NCBI GenBank assembly: GCA_017546165.1
Contig: JAFYXL010000004.1
Location: 51,066 to 115,065, forward strand
Length of the DNA: 64,000 nt
Origin: Clostridia bacterium
GTDB taxonomy: Bacteria; Bacillota; Clostridia; Monoglobales; Monoglobaceae
Reading direction: 5' to 3'
The notes under the pieces: generated by a model
The model's database searches: none
Seen by the model: only the letters and a program-made list of their open reading frames with translations
What the model was told of the DNA's origin: nothing
Made by a program: the position numbers and the translations under genes
Part shown: positions 30,750 to 40,063 of the stretch, one piece after another
Position numbering within the stretch: position 1 is the first letter of the stretch
How the letters are laid out: each line of letters starts with the position of its first letter

Positions 30750-31553
30750 TTAACTTGCATTCTTAATTTGTAACCTCAATCTATCTGCAATCATTGCTAT
30801 AAATTCTGAGTTCGTTGGTTTGCCCTTTGAGGTAGCAATGGTATATCCAAAGATTGAATTAAGTACATCTGTGTCGCCTCTGTCCCAGGCAACCTCAATT
30901 GCGTGTCTGATAGCACGTTCAACACGGCTTGATGTAGTATGGAAGTCCTCTGCAACAGTTGGATACAGAGTTTTTGTTATTGAATTTATCACATCCAGAT
31001 TTTCAATCACAAGCATTATAGCGTGTCTTAAGTACTGATATCCCTTAATGTGTGCCGGTATGCCTATCTCATGTATCATTTCAGTAACCATAGTTTCAAC
31101 ATCAGGATTTTCGCAAATCTCATATTTTTTACCAAATCCTGTATTAACTTTCTTCTCAGGCATAGTATCACAAAGCCGTCTGATTGTATTTCTTATACTG
31201 TCGAAACTGACCGGCTTGACCATATAATAGCTTGCACCTAAGTTTATACAATCCTGCGCCACTTTGTCCTGTTTAAAAGTAGAAAGTACAATTACCTTTG
31301 GCATTGAAAAATTGTCAAATTCCTGCTTTTTGCTTTTAAATCTTTCAAGCACTCCTATGCCATCAATGTTTGGAAGAACCACATCCATAATTACAACATC
31401 CGGTCTTAATATATCTACCTTTTCAATAAGTTGATATCCGTTGCTCACTATCTCACACACATTAATCTTAAAGTCTCCGGTTATGTTTCTGCTTAATAAC
31501 TCTGCATATTCTACATCTGAGTCAGCAATCAATACATTGATTTGTTTTTCCAT
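30750..31553 (-). CDS. spo0A: sporulation master response regulator Spo0A
   Basis: Receiver domain (VLIADSD ... [14 protein letters not shown]) and the Spo0A-specific DNA-binding signature [18 protein letters not shown]. Start moved to ATG 31553 (AAAGGAGC RBS). Confidence 0.95.
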   Translation of the reverse strand: MEKQINVLIADSDVEYAELLSRNITGDFKINVCEIVSNGYQLIEKVDILRPDVVIMDVVLPNIDGIGVLERFKSKKQEFDNFSMPKVIVLSTFKQDKVAQDCINLGASYYMVKPVSFDSIRNTIRRLCDTMPEKKVNTGFGKKYEICENPDVETMVTEMIHEIGIPAHIKGYQYLRHAIMLVIENLDVINSITKTLYPTVAEDFHTTSSRVERAIRHAIEVAWDRGDTDVLNSIFGYTIATSKGKPTNSEFIAMIADRLRLQIKNAS

Positions 31554-31597
31554 TTTTTTAGCTCCTTTATTTTCCAATATTTTCCAATTACACTTAG

Positions 31598-31626
31598 ATT
31601 ATAACGGCATCTGTTATTTTTGTCAA
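31598..31626 (-). promoter_or_regulatory. consensus sigma-A promoter upstream of spo0A
   Basis: Minus strand reads TTGACA, 17-nt spacer, TATAAT, about 45 nt upstream of the start codon. Confidence 0.65.
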
Positions 31627-31781
31627 GTATTTTTTACCATTAATTTCCATATTTTTTATAATATTTAGTGGCCACTGTCACCAAATGTCACAATATGTTG
31701 TATGTTTGTTTTCCTTGTCATACCACAGATACAAAAATCAGAAAATACTAAAAAATATTATTTTTTTACAATTAACGACAA

Positions 31782-31808
31782 ATGGGTTGCTACTGACAAG
31801 CAACCCAT
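31782..31808. terminator. hairpin terminator after murT-gatD
   Basis: ATGGGTTGC-tactgacaa-GCAACCCAT: perfect 9-bp stem. The T-run is stronger on the plus side (ATATTTTTT) than on the minus side. Confidence 0.55.
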
Positions 31809-31813
31809 ATTTT

Positions 31814-32542
31814 TTAACCTCTATTTACCATATATTGATTGGCCAAATTTTCAATCTCATCATTTAATGGAGAAAATTCTGCAAAATCATTATACTTATG
31901 TTTGAGTGTATTAAGCAAAAACTTGTCGCAAAGTTCAGGATTTTTGGGGAAAATTGGGCCGTGAAGATGCGTACCCATAACATTTTTATATATAACTCCC
32001 TCAACTCCACTCACTTTGTCATTACCATTACCTTTCAAAACCTTGCCAAGAGGTGTATAATCGTTTATGTTGGTTATTCCGCCGTGATTTTCAAAACCTA
32101 CAACCTTGTTTGAAATTCCGTCACACTCCAAAATCACATCGCCGGTAAAACGAGAGCCATCGGCAGAGATTTCGGTATATATATCAAGTATGCCAAGTCC
32201 CTCGGTTTTTTCCTTTCCAATATAATAATATTTCCCCAAAAGTTCAAACCCCTCACATACTGCCATCAGTGAACCGTTATTCTCTACAAACCCAGATATT
32301 TGTTGTTTTTTATTAAAAAGCCTCTCTGCAACTATTCTCAGTTCCCTCTCTGAGCCGCCTCCAAGAAAAACTATATCAGCCTTATCAAAGTCTATTTCCT
32401 CATCATCAATAACTGTAACAACTTCAACATCTATACCGCGCCACAAAAGGCGTTTTTTCATACATTCTATATTACCTTTGTCGCCATAAAGATTGAGGAG
32501 ATTGGGATAAAGATGCACAATTGTAATTTTGTAATCAGCCAT
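31814..32542 (-). CDS. gatD: lipid II isoglutaminyl synthase, glutaminase subunit
   Basis: CobB/CobQ-like GATase: LNLYGDKGN, AVCEGFELLG nucleophile Cys, and a C-terminal HGP. Start overlaps the murT stop. Confidence 0.88.
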   Translation of the reverse strand: MADYKITIVHLYPNLLNLYGDKGNIECMKKRLLWRGIDVEVVTVIDDEEIDFDKADIVFLGGGSERELRIVAERLFNKKQQISGFVENNGSLMAVCEGFELLGKYYYIGKEKTEGLGILDIYTEISADGSRFTGDVILECDGISNKVVGFENHGGITNINDYTPLGKVLKGNGNDKVSGVEGVIYKNVMGTHLHGPIFPKNPELCDKFLLNTLKHKYNDFAEFSPLNDEIENLANQYMVNRG

Positions 32543-33879
32543 TATTTATTCCTCTCCTTTTCTTTTTGTATTTCAAGCATAAGATTCTCAGTCGAAAACA
32601 GTGCTGTATAATTAACCAATACGTAACAAACCTCTGCATCGCTATTCAGGCACTTTAACAGAACATCTTTCATATTGTCGGTTATATTATCAACCTTTAC
32701 ATCTGCATATTTAAATCTCAAGGCAAGGTCGTATTTTCGCATCCCCAAAACACTGATTGTATTAAGCGTAGAATCTGCAACTTTTTCAAAATCCACATCC
32801 CATAACCAGGAAACATCAGTTCCGTCACTGGGTTTGTCATTAACAGCAATAATAACGTCCTTTTTACGTTTATCCTGCATAACAGTTTCAATTGCCTGGT
32901 TAAAACCCGCAGGATTTTTAGCAAGATTGAGGATGAATGGCTTGCCCAAGTCTATTTCCTGCATTCGGCCTATTTGTGGCTTGTAATTGTCAAGTATTTT
33001 TTCAAAAGACTGAACATCTATCCTTAAAGCCTTTATGGCCCCATATACAGCTATGCAGTTATAAATGTTGTAAAAGCCTTTGTAATTCAGCAGAAACCGC
33101 TGCTCCTTAACCGAGAATTTAAGTCCATTTGACAAATCAATATCTGTTGCCTCAAAATCAATCTGTGGTCTCTTGTTGCCGCAGTTGGGGCAATAAAAAT
33201 CTCCAAGTTGGCTGTAATGACGGAAATTGTACTTCTGCTCTCCTCCACAAACAGCACAAAATCTGCCTTCCTTTACATCGTCTTGGCGGCTTAAAACTTC
33301 CTGACCTATACCATAATACAACACATCACCCTTATAATCACGACCAAATCCTGAGCTGATTGGATCATCTCCGTTCAAAATAAGGGTAGGGAAATTTGCT
33401 TTTTTAAGAGCATTTTTCATTATATCCATAATTGTATCAATCTCACCATACCGATCAAGCTGATCACGGAACAAATTTGTCACAATTACAAAGTCAGGCT
33501 GTATATGTTCAAAAACCTTTACTGTATATGCTTCATCCACCTCGAGGCAAGCGTAATCCGCTTTTAATCTGCCAAAAACATCGCATTCAAGAGCAAATGC
33601 TGTAGCAATACCTGTCAGCATATTTGCACCTAATTTATTGCATACTACCTTGTAGCCACACTTGGTGAGTGCTGAATACAACAAGTTATTGGTGGTTGTT
33701 TTGCCATTGGTACCACAAGTAACAATTACCTGATTTTTTATATTACCTTTAAGTTTTTTTATAAGGTCAGGACAAATTTTAAGTGCAATCGCACCAGGTG
33801 TTGACGATGATTTCTTACCTAAAACTACGCCCAGAACCGCAGAGATTTTCGCCGCCCATATTGCAAGAATTTTTCTCAT
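32542..33879 (-). CDS. murT: lipid II isoglutaminyl synthase, Mur-ligase-like subunit
   Basis: GTNGKTTT P-loop, Cys4 ribbon (CAVCGG...CPNCG) and a C-terminal DUF1727-like region. Paired with gatD. Confidence 0.88.
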   Translation of the reverse strand: MRKILAIWAAKISAVLGVVLGKKSSSTPGAIALKICPDLIKKLKGNIKNQVIVTCGTNGKTTTNNLLYSALTKCGYKVVCNKLGANMLTGIATAFALECDVFGRLKADYACLEVDEAYTVKVFEHIQPDFVIVTNLFRDQLDRYGEIDTIMDIMKNALKKANFPTLILNGDDPISSGFGRDYKGDVLYYGIGQEVLSRQDDVKEGRFCAVCGGEQKYNFRHYSQLGDFYCPNCGNKRPQIDFEATDIDLSNGLKFSVKEQRFLLNYKGFYNIYNCIAVYGAIKALRIDVQSFEKILDNYKPQIGRMQEIDLGKPFILNLAKNPAGFNQAIETVMQDKRKKDVIIAVNDKPSDGTDVSWLWDVDFEKVADSTLNTISVLGMRKYDLALRFKYADVKVDNITDNMKDVLLKCLNSDAEVCYVLVNYTALFSTENLMLEIQKEKERNK

Positions 33880-33970
33880 TGAAAGTTCTCCTTTGTATTT
33901 TAAACTAGATATTTTAATTATACTCTTTTATTTTTAAAAAAACAATAGCAATTAAAAATAAATATGTATA

Positions 33971-34678
33971 TTACTTAAAATTAAAAATGTTTATAAATTT
34001 TATATTTTTTGCTGAACAAACTATATGACTTCCTGAACCGGCCTCAGTAAGTACTATAAAGTCTTTTCCAACACTTTCGATTATACCGGTCTTTTCTACG
34101 TGAGTATTGTCACCAAACAAAAACTCTACCCTTGCATAATTTCCCATTTTGTCGCAAAGATAGTCAGAAACACTAATATTCGCACAGCCTCTGTTCTGCA
34201 GTCCACTTGATTGTGCCTGGGAAATACCGCCTTCATTCATATAATTCATTATGGGTATAAATCCATTTCTGGTATGAATGGGACCAATCTCACCATCTCT
34301 CATCCTTACAGGGTTATCATTGTTCATTATAGGCATAAATCCATCTCTGGTATGAATGGGGCCCATCTCACCATCTCTCATTCTTACAGGGTTATCATTG
34401 TTCATTATAGGCATAAACCCATCCCTGGTACTGACAGAATCAACGCCTCCACTTCTCATTTCATCAGTATTGCGGTTATCAGAAACAGGCGTAAAACTAT
34501 CCCGTGCATCAGCAGAGTCAAGTTCCCTGTTTTTAACTATAATATTCTCATTACCTTTAACTTCCGCATTGTTTCTGTTGATTGCCGACATATTTGACCC
34601 CGGCGGCAAAACAACTCCTTGCTGTACACCAGGCCAAGGTGGATTGGGGTTTCGTCTTGATGAACCAAATTTTCTCAT
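33971..34678 (-). CDS. GerQ-like spore coat protein with a repetitive N-terminal region
   Basis: The C-terminal ~55 aa (ARVEFLFGDN..GIIESVGKDFIVLTE..SGSHIVCSAKNIKFINIF) resemble the GerQ/YwdL fold as I recall it. The N-terminus is Pro/Asn/Arg-rich with 26-aa tandem repeats. Start moved to ATG 34678 (AAAGGAAA RBS); the ORF-track TTG at 34696 contains that RBS. Confidence 0.6.
   Translation of the reverse strand: MRKFGSSRRNPNPPWPGVQQGVVLPPGSNMSAINRNNAEVKGNENIIVKNRELDSADARDSFTPVSDNRNTDEMRSGGVDSVSTRDGFMPIMNNDNPVRMRDGEMGPIHTRDGFMPIMNNDNPVRMRDGEIGPIHTRNGFIPIMNYMNEGGISQAQSSGLQNRGCANISVSDYLCDKMGNYARVEFLFGDNTHVEKTGIIESVGKDFIVLTEAGSGSHIVCSAKNIKFINIFNFK
34232..34426. repeat. 78-bp tandem repeat, ~2.5 copies, inside the gerQ-like gene
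   Basis: Units 34271-34348 and 34349-34426 differ at about 5 of 78 positions. A partial unit lies at 34232-34270. The repeat encodes RDGFMPIMNNDNPVRMRDGE(M/I)GPIHT. Confidence 0.9.
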
Positions 34679-34842
34679 ATTTTCATTTCCTTTCAAAAAT
34701 AATATATTTGACCATATTATAATATGTGAATTTAATTTTTTTGAAACAAAAATGAATAAATTTTAGTTTTTATCCTAATACTATTCCCGAGATAAATTCA
34801 AAAGAATTTTTCTTATAATTTTAAAAAAGGAGTGTTTTTACT

Positions 34843-34941
34843 ATGACAAATCAGAATAAGGACAACAAAAACAACAATAATAACAACCACAATAACAACA
34901 ATAACAAGAACGAGTCAAAAAACAATAAGAATGACAGATAA
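34843..34941 (+). CDS. 32-codon Asn-rich micro-ORF (MTNQNKDNKNNNNNNHNNNNNKNESKNNKNDR)
   Basis: AAAAGGAG RBS about 10 nt upstream of the ATG and a strong terminator about 12 nt after the TAA. Too short for the ORF track. 18 of 32 residues are Asn. Confidence 0.5.
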   Translation: MTNQNKDNKNNNNNNHNNNNNKNESKNNKNDR

Positions 34942-34953
34942 TTGAATTCACAT

Positions 34954-34982
34954 TAAAAAAAGACCACATCGGTCTTTTTTTA
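34954..34982 (+). terminator. rho-independent terminator after the micro-ORF
   Basis: AAAAAAAGACC-acatc-GGTCTTTTTTT. Confidence 0.75.
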
Positions 34983-35054
34983 ATGTACATAAAGATTTTA
35001 CAAACCATATTCCTGTCTTTCTTCGGACAAAATATTTAAGAAAGGAGGGATGTT

Positions 35055-36104
35055 GTGAAAAGAAAATTTTGCTTGCTTTTTTCATTTATTTTTTCACTTG
35101 TTTTTTGTGTATCAGGCTCGGAACATTTAACAACAGATTCGGTTTTCGCGGCCTCTCCTGCGTCTGCGCCTCAGGAAAAGTCATTGATACCCGGCGGCAA
35201 GTGCGTAGGAGTAACACTTTCAACAAACGGAGTATTGGTCACTGATATTTCTGATATAGTAACAGAAAACGGAAAGCACTTGTCACCGGCAAAAGATGCA
35301 GGGATAAAGCCGGGAGATCTCATCAAGAGCTTTAATAATCAGGAAACCTTAACCGTATCGCAATTAAATTCTGCCATAAGGTCATCAAAAGGTAAAAGTT
35401 CTAAGCTTAAGCTTGTTCGCAACGGATGTGAACGAGAGGTTCTTATTACTCCTCAACTTTCACAAACTGACAAAAACTTCAAGATAGGCGCCTGGGTAAA
35501 AGATGCAGCTTCAGGAATTGGCACTGTTACTTTTTATGACCCTGAAACAAAAACCTTTGCTGCTCTTGGACACGGAATATGCGACAGTGAAACCGGGGAA
35601 ATTTTCAACATTGATACGGGAAATATTTTTTCTTCTTCAATTGTATCTGTCAACAAAGGTGAAAAAGGCATTCCGGGTGAGCTTTGCGGCATCTTTGAGG
35701 AAGATGGTCCGGTTTTAGGGGAAATAACAAACAATGAATTGTCAGGTATCTTTGGAACAACCCAAGAAAATTTTTTAAAAAATGTAAATCGCGTACCGAT
35801 TATGAAACGAAAAGATGTAAGCTTAGGTAAAGCTTATATTTTCTCAAATATTGAAGGAAACAAAGTTGAAAAGTTTGATATAGAAATTCTACGCATTATG
35901 CCAAATAAATTGTCTCCACAAAAAGGAATGGTTATCAAAATAACCGACCAGAATCTCATAAATAAAACCGGAGGCATAGTCAGGGGGATGTCAGGTTCAC
36001 CAATCTTACAAAATGGCAAAATTGTAGGAGCTGTGACACACGTTTTTGTAAATGATCCAACCCGTGGATATGGAATATTTATCGAAGATATGATGACTTT
36101 TTAA
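35055..36104 (+). CDS. spoIVB: SpoIVB signalling serine peptidase (S55)
   Basis: GTG start with an AAAGGAGGGA RBS. Signal/anchor sequence, PDZ region (GIKPGDLI) and the catalytic-Ser context VRGMSGSPI. Confidence 0.9.
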   Translation: MKRKFCLLFSFIFSLVFCVSGSEHLTTDSVFAASPASAPQEKSLIPGGKCVGVTLSTNGVLVTDISDIVTENGKHLSPAKDAGIKPGDLIKSFNNQETLTVSQLNSAIRSSKGKSSKLKLVRNGCEREVLITPQLSQTDKNFKIGAWVKDAASGIGTVTFYDPETKTFAALGHGICDSETGEIFNIDTGNIFSSSIVSVNKGEKGIPGELCGIFEEDGPVLGEITNNELSGIFGTTQENFLKNVNRVPIMKRKDVSLGKAYIFSNIEGNKVEKFDIEILRIMPNKLSPQKGMVIKITDQNLINKTGGIVRGMSGSPILQNGKIVGAVTHVFVNDPTRGYGIFIEDMMTF

Positions 36105-36116
36105 AATAGTTAGATA

Positions 36117-36158
36117 ATAAAAAGACCCGTCACAGTAAAAGCTGTGACGGATCTTTTT
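36117..36158. terminator. bidirectional terminator between spoIVB and hflX
   Basis: AAAAAGAC-CCGTCACAG-taaaag-CTGTGACGG-ATCTTTTT. Confidence 0.75.
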
Positions 36159-37416
36159 ATGCCATAAACTTTTTTATACTCTCCAGATCTCTTATATCTG
36201 CCAAAACATCTGCATATATTCCATCTTCTCTGTATTCTTCTGAAAACACCTTGCCTCGCTCACGTACTAGGTTTAAAACCCATCCATCAGTATAAGGAAC
36301 AAGTAAGTTAATTCTTCTGACAGTAGATTTTAAAGCATTTGTAATAGCATTTAAAAGATTTTCAAGACCGTATCCTGTTTTTGCCGAGATAAAGACTGTT
36401 CTCTCACCCATTATAGCAGTTTCCTCGCCCAAAATATCGCACTTGTTTGCAACTGTTATCGTAGGAATATCCCCGCCACCCAGTTCATCAATAAGGTCTC
36501 TTGTAATTTTAATTTGTTCTGTAGCTTCATCTGATGAGATATCACAAATATTTAAAATCAAATCCGCATTTATTGCCTCTTCAAGTGTTGATTTGAAAGC
36601 TTCTACCAAATTATGAGGCAACCTGCTCACCAAGCCTACTGTATCCACAAGCATTACTGTTCTTCCATCAGGAAGTTCCAGCGCTCTAGCAGTTGGGTCC
36701 AATGTGGCAAAAAGCATATTTTCAGCAAGAACTCCTGCTTTTGTCAATACATTTAAAAGTGTGGATTTACCAACATTAGTGTATCCAACGATTGCTACTG
36801 TTATTACTCCATCTTTTTTTCTACGCTTATGTGCATACTCACGACGTTTTGTCAGTTCTTTAAGCTGACCTTCAAGCTTTTCAATACGATGCCTTATATA
36901 ACGTTTATCCGTTTCAAGCTTTGCTTCACCCGGTCCTCTTGAGCCTATACCACCACCCTGCCGCGAAAGTGCTCTGCCAAGTCCCGAAAGTCTGGGGAGC
37001 CGGTATTTAAGCTGTGCAAGCTCAACCTGAAGCCTACCCTCAGCACTCCTTGCCCTTTGGGCAAATATATCAAGAATAAGTGCAGTACGGTCAATAACAG
37101 TAACGTCTGTTGCATCTTCAATATTTCGCATTTGAGATGCTGTTAATTCGTGATTAAATATTACCATTTCAACATCATTATTTTTGCAAAACTCTGCAAG
37201 TTCCTGAAGTTTACCACTGCCTATACAAGTTGCCACATCAAAAGCAGATGACCTTTGCACAAAATGGGCAATTACATCAGCCCCTGCAGTTTCTGCAAGA
37301 CTCTCAAGTTCGTCCATAGCCCGATTCATATCAAAAGTTCCTATATCAACTCCACAAAGTACTGCAATTGTTCTTTGCTCCTCTTGTGTTATTTCAATAA
37401 GCTCCGCCATAATCAC
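36157..37416 (-). CDS. hflX: GTPase HflX
   Basis: HflX N-terminal domain plus GYTNVGKSTLLN, DTVG and NKCD motifs. Confidence 0.92.
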   Translation of the reverse strand: MIMAELIEITQEEQRTIAVLCGVDIGTFDMNRAMDELESLAETAGADVIAHFVQRSSAFDVATCIGSGKLQELAEFCKNNDVEMVIFNHELTASQMRNIEDATDVTVIDRTALILDIFAQRARSAEGRLQVELAQLKYRLPRLSGLGRALSRQGGGIGSRGPGEAKLETDKRYIRHRIEKLEGQLKELTKRREYAHKRRKKDGVITVAIVGYTNVGKSTLLNVLTKAGVLAENMLFATLDPTARALELPDGRTVMLVDTVGLVSRLPHNLVEAFKSTLEEAINADLILNICDISSDEATEQIKITRDLIDELGGGDIPTITVANKCDILGEETAIMGERTVFISAKTGYGLENLLNAITNALKSTVRRINLLVPYTDGWVLNLVRERGKVFSEEYREDGIYADVLADIRDLESIKKFMA

Positions 37417-37440
37417 TTAGCCTTTCTATTTTTTCGAATA

Positions 37441-38823
37441 TTATTTTATCAAACTCAAATATTTATTCATCACACTTCCCGCAATTGGTGCAGCAGAATC
37501 TCCTCCGCTTCTGCCATCATTTTCAAGAATGATCGCAACTGCAATCTGCGGATTTTCTGCCGGTGCATATCCAACAAACCAGGAATGGTCTTTGTCCCTT
37601 TCGTTTTCTGCTGTGCCGGTTTTTCCTGCAACAGTAATACCGCTTATTCCGGCCCTTTTCCCTGTTCCGTTTTTAACAACCTCTATCATCTGTTGCTGTA
37701 TATAATCAGCACATTCCGCTGATATTGCACGACATAAAATCTTAGGGGATGTATCTTTAATTATAATATTATTTTTAGTAATACTATCTACAAGGTATGG
37801 TCGCATCAAGTTTCCCTTATTTGCAACTGCTGAGCAAATCAATGCCATTTGCATAGGTGTTGTCAACAATTGCCCCTGACCTATTGAAACAAGTGCTGCA
37901 TCAGTATCTGTCATTTTTTTGTATTCTATACGACTTTTAGCAATTTCTAAATCAAACATTACGTCTTCTTCAATACCAAACCGACTGGCCATTTCTTCTA
38001 CTGAATCCGCTCCCAAATCATAGCCGATACTACAAAAAACCTGATTGCTTGAGACAGCAAAGCTTCGTTCTAAAGATATCTGCCCGTATTTTTTTCCATT
38101 ATAATTCTCAACTGTAACATTTCCAACCTTAAACTTGCCTATATCTTCAAATATCTTTTCCTGCATTCCGTTTTCATATGCAGCAGCAAGAGTTACTATT
38201 TTGTAAGTAGAACCCGGAGGATAAAGTCCCTGTATGCTACGGGCAATAAGAGGTGAATCTTCATCTTCCACTATGTCATTCCAGGCCCTTTCCAAATTTT
38301 TAGCATTTGGGTCAAAGTCAGGTAAACTAACCATAGAAAGTACCCGCCCTGTACTTGGTTCAATTGCCACAAGTGCCCCGCGTCTGCCATTCATCTTCTG
38401 ATACGCAAATTTTTGCAAAGTATTGTCTATGGTAAGATTAAGGTCAAATCCCTTCTTTTTGTCTCCCTGAAATATATCTATATCACCTTTGCCTAAAAGT
38501 TCGCTATCATATGCTCGCTCCAGCAGACTTTTTCCATACACCTGTGAACAATAACCTATCACGTGGCTATATATCCGTCCTTGTGAATATTTGCGGATTG
38601 AACTTCCGTCCTCTCCCTCTACGGTTTCAGCAAGGACAAGTCCGTTAGAATCATAAATTGTACCACGTGTTACATATTTTTCATCGTCCCATTGACGCCT
38701 GTTGTATGGATTTGTTGCTACAGATTCAGCTTTAAACATATTAAAATACATAAGATACGAAAGAAGCGCAAGAAACAATGCTGATATAATCACAAGAACA
38801 CGAATAATTTTTTTATTATTCAT
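37441..38823 (-). CDS. class B penicillin-binding protein (PBP2/PbpA-type transpeptidase)
   Basis: STYK (SxxK), SSN and KTGT motifs. N-terminal TM anchor. Overlaps the RodA gene by 8 nt. Confidence 0.9.
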   Translation of the reverse strand: MNNKKIIRVLVIISALFLALLSYLMYFNMFKAESVATNPYNRRQWDDEKYVTRGTIYDSNGLVLAETVEGEDGSSIRKYSQGRIYSHVIGYCSQVYGKSLLERAYDSELLGKGDIDIFQGDKKKGFDLNLTIDNTLQKFAYQKMNGRRGALVAIEPSTGRVLSMVSLPDFDPNAKNLERAWNDIVEDEDSPLIARSIQGLYPPGSTYKIVTLAAAYENGMQEKIFEDIGKFKVGNVTVENYNGKKYGQISLERSFAVSSNQVFCSIGYDLGADSVEEMASRFGIEEDVMFDLEIAKSRIEYKKMTDTDAALVSIGQGQLLTTPMQMALICSAVANKGNLMRPYLVDSITKNNIIIKDTSPKILCRAISAECADYIQQQMIEVVKNGTGKRAGISGITVAGKTGTAENERDKDHSWFVGYAPAENPQIAVAIILENDGRSGGDSAAPIAGSVMNKYLSLIK

Positions 38824-40063
38824 CTACCGTTTCGCCTCCTTTTCTGGTTTCAAGTGCAGAAATCGCCTGCATAATTCCAAGAGATGCAAAGCTCACAACA
38901 ATTGAAGTACCACCATAACTTACAAACGGAAGAGTTATACCTGTCAATGGAATAAACTTTATAACACCACCGATAATAATAAATGTCTGGATAGAAAACA
39001 TAAGTGTAAGCCCAAGGCCAACCGCTTTGTTGTATAGGTTTTGGGTATTCAAAGTTATTTTAAAGCAACGGTATGCAAACAAAAAGTAAAGGATTATTAT
39101 TGCTGCACCACCAAATACACCCATTTCCTCACAAATCGCTGAGAATATAAAATCTGTATGAACTTCAGGGATATAATGGGGTGACCCGTTTCCTAATCCT
39201 CTGCCAAAATATCCGCCTGATGCAATAGCAAACAGAGATTGAGCTATTTGATAACCCTTGTTTGACACATCCTCCCAAGGGTTTAGCCACACTCCTACAC
39301 GCACCTGTATGTGATATAAAAAGAAGTACCCTAAAATGCCTACAATCCCTGCAGCTATAATATTCAGCCACAGAAACCTCTTATCCTTCTCATATACATA
39401 AACCATAAATATGTAAATGAGAAATATAACAAGAATTGTACCCCAGTCGCGTTGGAAAACTAAAAATAATATATAAAGATATGTAACCGCACCTGTCATA
39501 AGCATAGGAGATACTTTAAAAAAATTCTTATTAAAGCTTCCTGAATATTTGCAGGCGAGAAACATTATATAAAGTATTTTCGTTATCTCAGCAGGCTGAA
39601 AATCAATCACACCAATATCAATCCAGTTTCGTGAACCATTTACAGTTTTGCCGAATATCAAAGTTAACAAAAAGAGAGTTATACCGCCAAGGGCATAGAC
39701 CATCCAGAGTCTGTTCCAAAAACGTATTTTATAAAAAACACAATATGTAAAAAAGAAAACAATAGCACCAATGCCTATCCACACTATTTGCCTTGCACCC
39801 ATAACAATATCAAGACGACAAATCATAAGCACACCTATTGTCATAAGCATAAAAGCAACAAGCACAAGGAATTTGTCACCCATATTGCAAATCACCAAAA
39901 TAGAATAAACGAGCAGAAAAAGACCTAAGAATCCAATTCCTACATAAATTACGTTTGGCTTCCAATCATTTGCAGACGAAAGCAGTGTAAAACCAATAAG
40001 GCTCATAAGTATCAGCAAATATGCAGGAAACTTAAAACTGACTTTTCTCATTTTTATATTCAC
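38816..40063 (-). CDS. rodA: FtsW/RodA/SpoVE-family (SEDS) peptidoglycan polymerase
   Basis: About 10 TM segments and conserved ...NWIDIG..FQPAE..K... and PLTGITLPFVSYGGTS motifs. Confidence 0.88.
   Translation of the reverse strand: MNIKMRKVSFKFPAYLLILMSLIGFTLLSSANDWKPNVIYVGIGFLGLFLLVYSILVICNMGDKFLVLVAFMLMTIGVLMICRLDIVMGARQIVWIGIGAIVFFFTYCVFYKIRFWNRLWMVYALGGITLFLLTLIFGKTVNGSRNWIDIGVIDFQPAEITKILYIMFLACKYSGSFNKNFFKVSPMLMTGAVTYLYILFLVFQRDWGTILVIFLIYIFMVYVYEKDKRFLWLNIIAAGIVGILGYFFLYHIQVRVGVWLNPWEDVSNKGYQIAQSLFAIASGGYFGRGLGNGSPHYIPEVHTDFIFSAICEEMGVFGGAAIIILYFLFAYRCFKITLNTQNLYNKAVGLGLTLMFSIQTFIIIGGVIKFIPLTGITLPFVSYGGTSIVVSFASLGIMQAISALETRKGGETVDE

Noticed and set aside
31782-31808. A hairpin whose T-run favours the plus strand, suggesting an unannotated plus-strand transcript ending here
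   Set aside because: The only plus-strand ORFs upstream (31685-31905) are short and low-complexity, lack an RBS and overlap the spo0A promoter region. The hairpin is most simply the murT-gatD terminator, which also insulates the spo0A promoter.
34211-34766. Two overlapping plus-strand ORFs (128 and 136 aa) with internal repeats
   Set aside because: They are antisense read-throughs of the 78-bp tandem repeat in the gerQ-like gene. The repeat, not coding potential, keeps these frames open.
34843-34982. Asn-rich micro-ORF as a classical attenuation leader peptide controlling spoIVB
   Set aside because: The coding region is almost pure A/C/T purine-rich repeat with no segment complementary to the terminator stem, so no antiterminator alternative can form. 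The terminator looks constitutive, and spoIVB has a separate 70-nt upstream region.
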